A stretch of DNA of 64,000 nt, taken from Lama glama (lineage: Eukaryota). The position numbers were made by a program, and so were the translations under genes. The notes under the pieces were generated by a model, which was not told the origin of the DNA, made no database searches, and saw only the letters and a list, made by a program, of their open reading frames with translations. Location of the stretch: positions 55,368,001 to 55,432,000 of the forward strand of contig CM052816.1 in assembly GCA_028534125.1 (NCBI GenBank), given 5' to 3'. Below, piece by piece: positions 61,640 through 64,000 of this stretch (within the stretch, counting starts at the first letter, position 1; each line of letters begins with the position of its first letter).

Positions 61640-61965
61640 ATGCAAATACATTTTCAATCGATTCAAAATAAAGTTGCAGAATTCAGGAAGCCTGAAAACA
61701 ACGCTCCCCGAAGTTAATTGTTTCCTCGTCAGGATGCAGAAAGACCACACTAATGGTATGAGTAGAAACTGGAACAATTGCTAGAAAGCAATTTTGCAAT
61801 GTATATATTTACAGTCTTGAAAATATTCATACCTTTAAACCCAATCCGTTTCCTGAGGAAATAGCCTGAAATATGGATGGAGATATGTGCACAATGATGT
61901 TAATTGTAACATTACTCATCAGCAAAAATAGAAATAATAGAAATTAATTAAATGTCTATTATAGC
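61640..61965 (+). mobile_element. Old L1 ORF2-end/3' UTR fragment
   Basis: gaaagcaattttgcaatgtatat...cttgaaaatattcatacctttaaaccca. Confidence 0.55.
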
Positions 61966-62939
61966 TCAGGCATTGGACTGAATGCTGGTGATTGAATAAA
62001 AGGCTTTTGGCGAGGGAGTAAAATTTCATCTGAGACCCAAAATAACTGAAAATTAACCACCCAAGAGAGCTAGAGAGAAAATGTGTGTCTCTGTGCAGCA
62101 TGGGAGGGGAAGGAGAGAGAGAAGGGAGAGGCTGGGGGCCGGTGATAGTTCTGATGATGCGGGCAGGGGAGTGTCTTGTAAGAACATTCCAGACACAGGG
62201 ACCAGGAATATTTGGAATATAAATACCAAACTAACAAGTTAAAGTGCAGGCATCCAATATAGCAGACAACTGTTTATGGGTCTAATCTTTTTTTAAAAAA
62301 ATACTTGATTTTTATCACACGTACAACTGGTAAAAATGTAGTATATGGGGATCTGTCCACCCTAGATATATCCCTGGGAAGAGGGATGGGCTGTTGTATT
62401 TTCTAAAACTATTTAACTGGAGCCCCAAAGTATTTTCTGAACTAAATCTATTCCTAGAGTTATTTTATGAGCTAAAATTCAGAAGCAAAGTGTTTCACTT
62501 TCAGAATGAGTAGCAATGCAAGAATCAGGAAAAAATATGCCTCATATTCAAGTCTATAGTTGCTCACATAAAAACCAACCATCAGTAGTGTTAATCCTGG
62601 CCCTATTTTTTTTTAAACAGATTTGATGGAATGGGAACATCTGGGGATATAAAACATCTTTCTCTAGATGCTTTACTTAATTACTCCCTCCCTACTCCCC
62701 AAGGCTTGCTGTTTCTCTTCAGTACTGATAGGTCTGGTTAGTGTATTCAGGACTGACAGATGTTAACATAAGGGGAAGCTGAGTGAAACGTATATGGGAA
62801 CTCTCTGTACTATTTCTGAAACTCTTCTGTAAGTCTGAGATTGACTCAAAATAAGTATTTTTAAAAACAACAACAATGAAGAACCTATGTATATACTATG
62901 CTGCCATTTGTATAACAGGGAGAGAAATGAAATAAAGAA

Positions 62940-63465
62940 ACAGACATATGAACATGATTTTACGTGGTTAGAATATCCCTGGAAGTACAGAACTGGTAAT
63001 GTAGGTTAACTCGGGAGAAGGCACCTGGGGGCTGAGCGTCTAGGGTAAGAGAATCAATTTCCTCTGGATATTCTTTTTGAATATTTTGAATTTTCTACCA
63101 TTTGATTATTTTACTTCTTTAAAAAATAATGAAAATCAAAAACCAGACAACGTGGAAAGGCCAGTCTAGCTCCAGAGTTCTTCGCCAAGTCAACTGCTCT
63201 TTCTGTCCAATCCTGCTTTCTCCCATTTTCATCCATAGGTATTGACCCCAAGGGCACTCAATAATAAACACGCTGCCTGCTCAACTTCTCAGCGTGCTTC
63301 CCAGGGAAGGAGTCTTACAGCTATTCTTTCAGCAAATTTATGAAATTTGCGAAAGTAAGATATTTTAGCTGTAACTGGTTAAGATTACTGTCTCTATCTC
63401 AACTTATGCTCCCTCTTGCTCCCCATCACATTGTGTGGTGCTGGAGTGGCTATGGCATTTGGGAA
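62940..63465 (+). repeat. Local duplication copy B
   Basis: Matches 53600-54147 (gaaggcacctgggggctgag...gaatcaatttcctctgg...ggaaaggccagtctagctcca...aaagtaagatattttagctgtaa). Confidence 0.9.
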
Positions 63466-64000
63466 TAAATTTCATCTGAGTTGATGGGATACATTTATGT
63501 AGTTTACAGAAGCTTCCTGTATAATCAACAGTTATGGATCGCTGTCCTATTGTGGGAATGGTTTCCAGGAATATTACTCGCACCCACTGTGCCAATTCAG
63601 TGTCAGGACACAATGGTGCAAGGCGAGGTGTCGTACTGAGATGTGAATGTGTCCTATAGCACCAGATACTGGGATTTTGCGGGGAGTGGTGAGAAAACAC
63701 TATGAAAATGTAAGGAGTCAGATGCTAATCTCTGGAAAATCCTTTCACCATCAGACGTATAAAATGATAGGTAAAAGGTACGGTTCTCAACAATGCCTAC
63801 TCAAAATGGAATTTCTCCTGTCAGATAACATAAAACTCATAATATGCCATGATAATGAGGATAACCCATGAGGCCTGGTAAATGACTGTCATCAGTTCAA
63901 AAAGTACTTAAGATTAGTTACTGCACAAGAAAACTTGAAATGCCCAGAGATCTTATAGCTCACATATAAAAGAAATTTAACAGGAATTTTCCAAAATTTG
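63335..64000 (+). mobile_element. Arthur1-like hAT (Tip100 group) deletion derivative: 5' non-coding region joined to transposase C-terminal region
   Basis: aaagtaagatatttt...ggaatggtttccaggaata...cccactgtgcc...catcagacgtataaaat follows the Arthur1 5' sequence as I recall it; from ~63826 NIKLII...LVNDCHQFKKYLRLVTAQENLKCPEIL..Y.RNL..IF.NL is hAT transposase. Confidence 0.8.

Noticed and set aside
61680..61756. Plus-strand exon candidate (cag...G|gtatga)
   Set aside because: Continuous with a degenerate L1 ORF2-end fragment.
63510..63700. Apparent second half of a WSC domain (SFLY..SYGSLSYCGNGF..HCAN) and a PKD-like YWDF motif
   Set aside because: The DNA follows the Arthur1 hAT 5' non-coding sequence continuously from ~63335 to ~63825, so the motif is coincidental. 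This shows that the weaker by-eye exon calls could also be false.

Overview
Mammalian genomic DNA, most likely camelid (three Vic-1-type tRNA-derived SINEs plus artiodactyl-type L1 3' ends), with two assembly gaps (37220-37319, 44153-44652). I see no intact protein-coding gene: the supplied ORFs are repeat-derived or chance. Much of the window is interspersed repeat (L1, L2, MIR, ERVL/MaLR LTRs and internal fragments, Tigger, hAT). The main signal is a collinear series of heavily decayed exon remnants on the + strand from about 35.2 to 61.6 kb, most with splice-like boundaries. By manual translation through stops and frameshifts they encode: signal peptide, LRRNT/LRR/LRRCT, two C-type lectin domains, a polycystin-1-like linker domain, kringle, WSC-like, further copies of the linker domain, a Ser/Thr-rich stretch, a second kringle (split by a MER58A with an 8-bp TSD) and a WSC-like start. 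I interpret this as an ancient unprocessed pseudogene of a polycystin-1 (PKD1)-related mosaic gene whose domain combination I cannot match to a known intact placental gene. All domain and repeat-family calls are by eye from remembered consensus motifs and need profile/Dfam searches; repeat boundaries are approximate.
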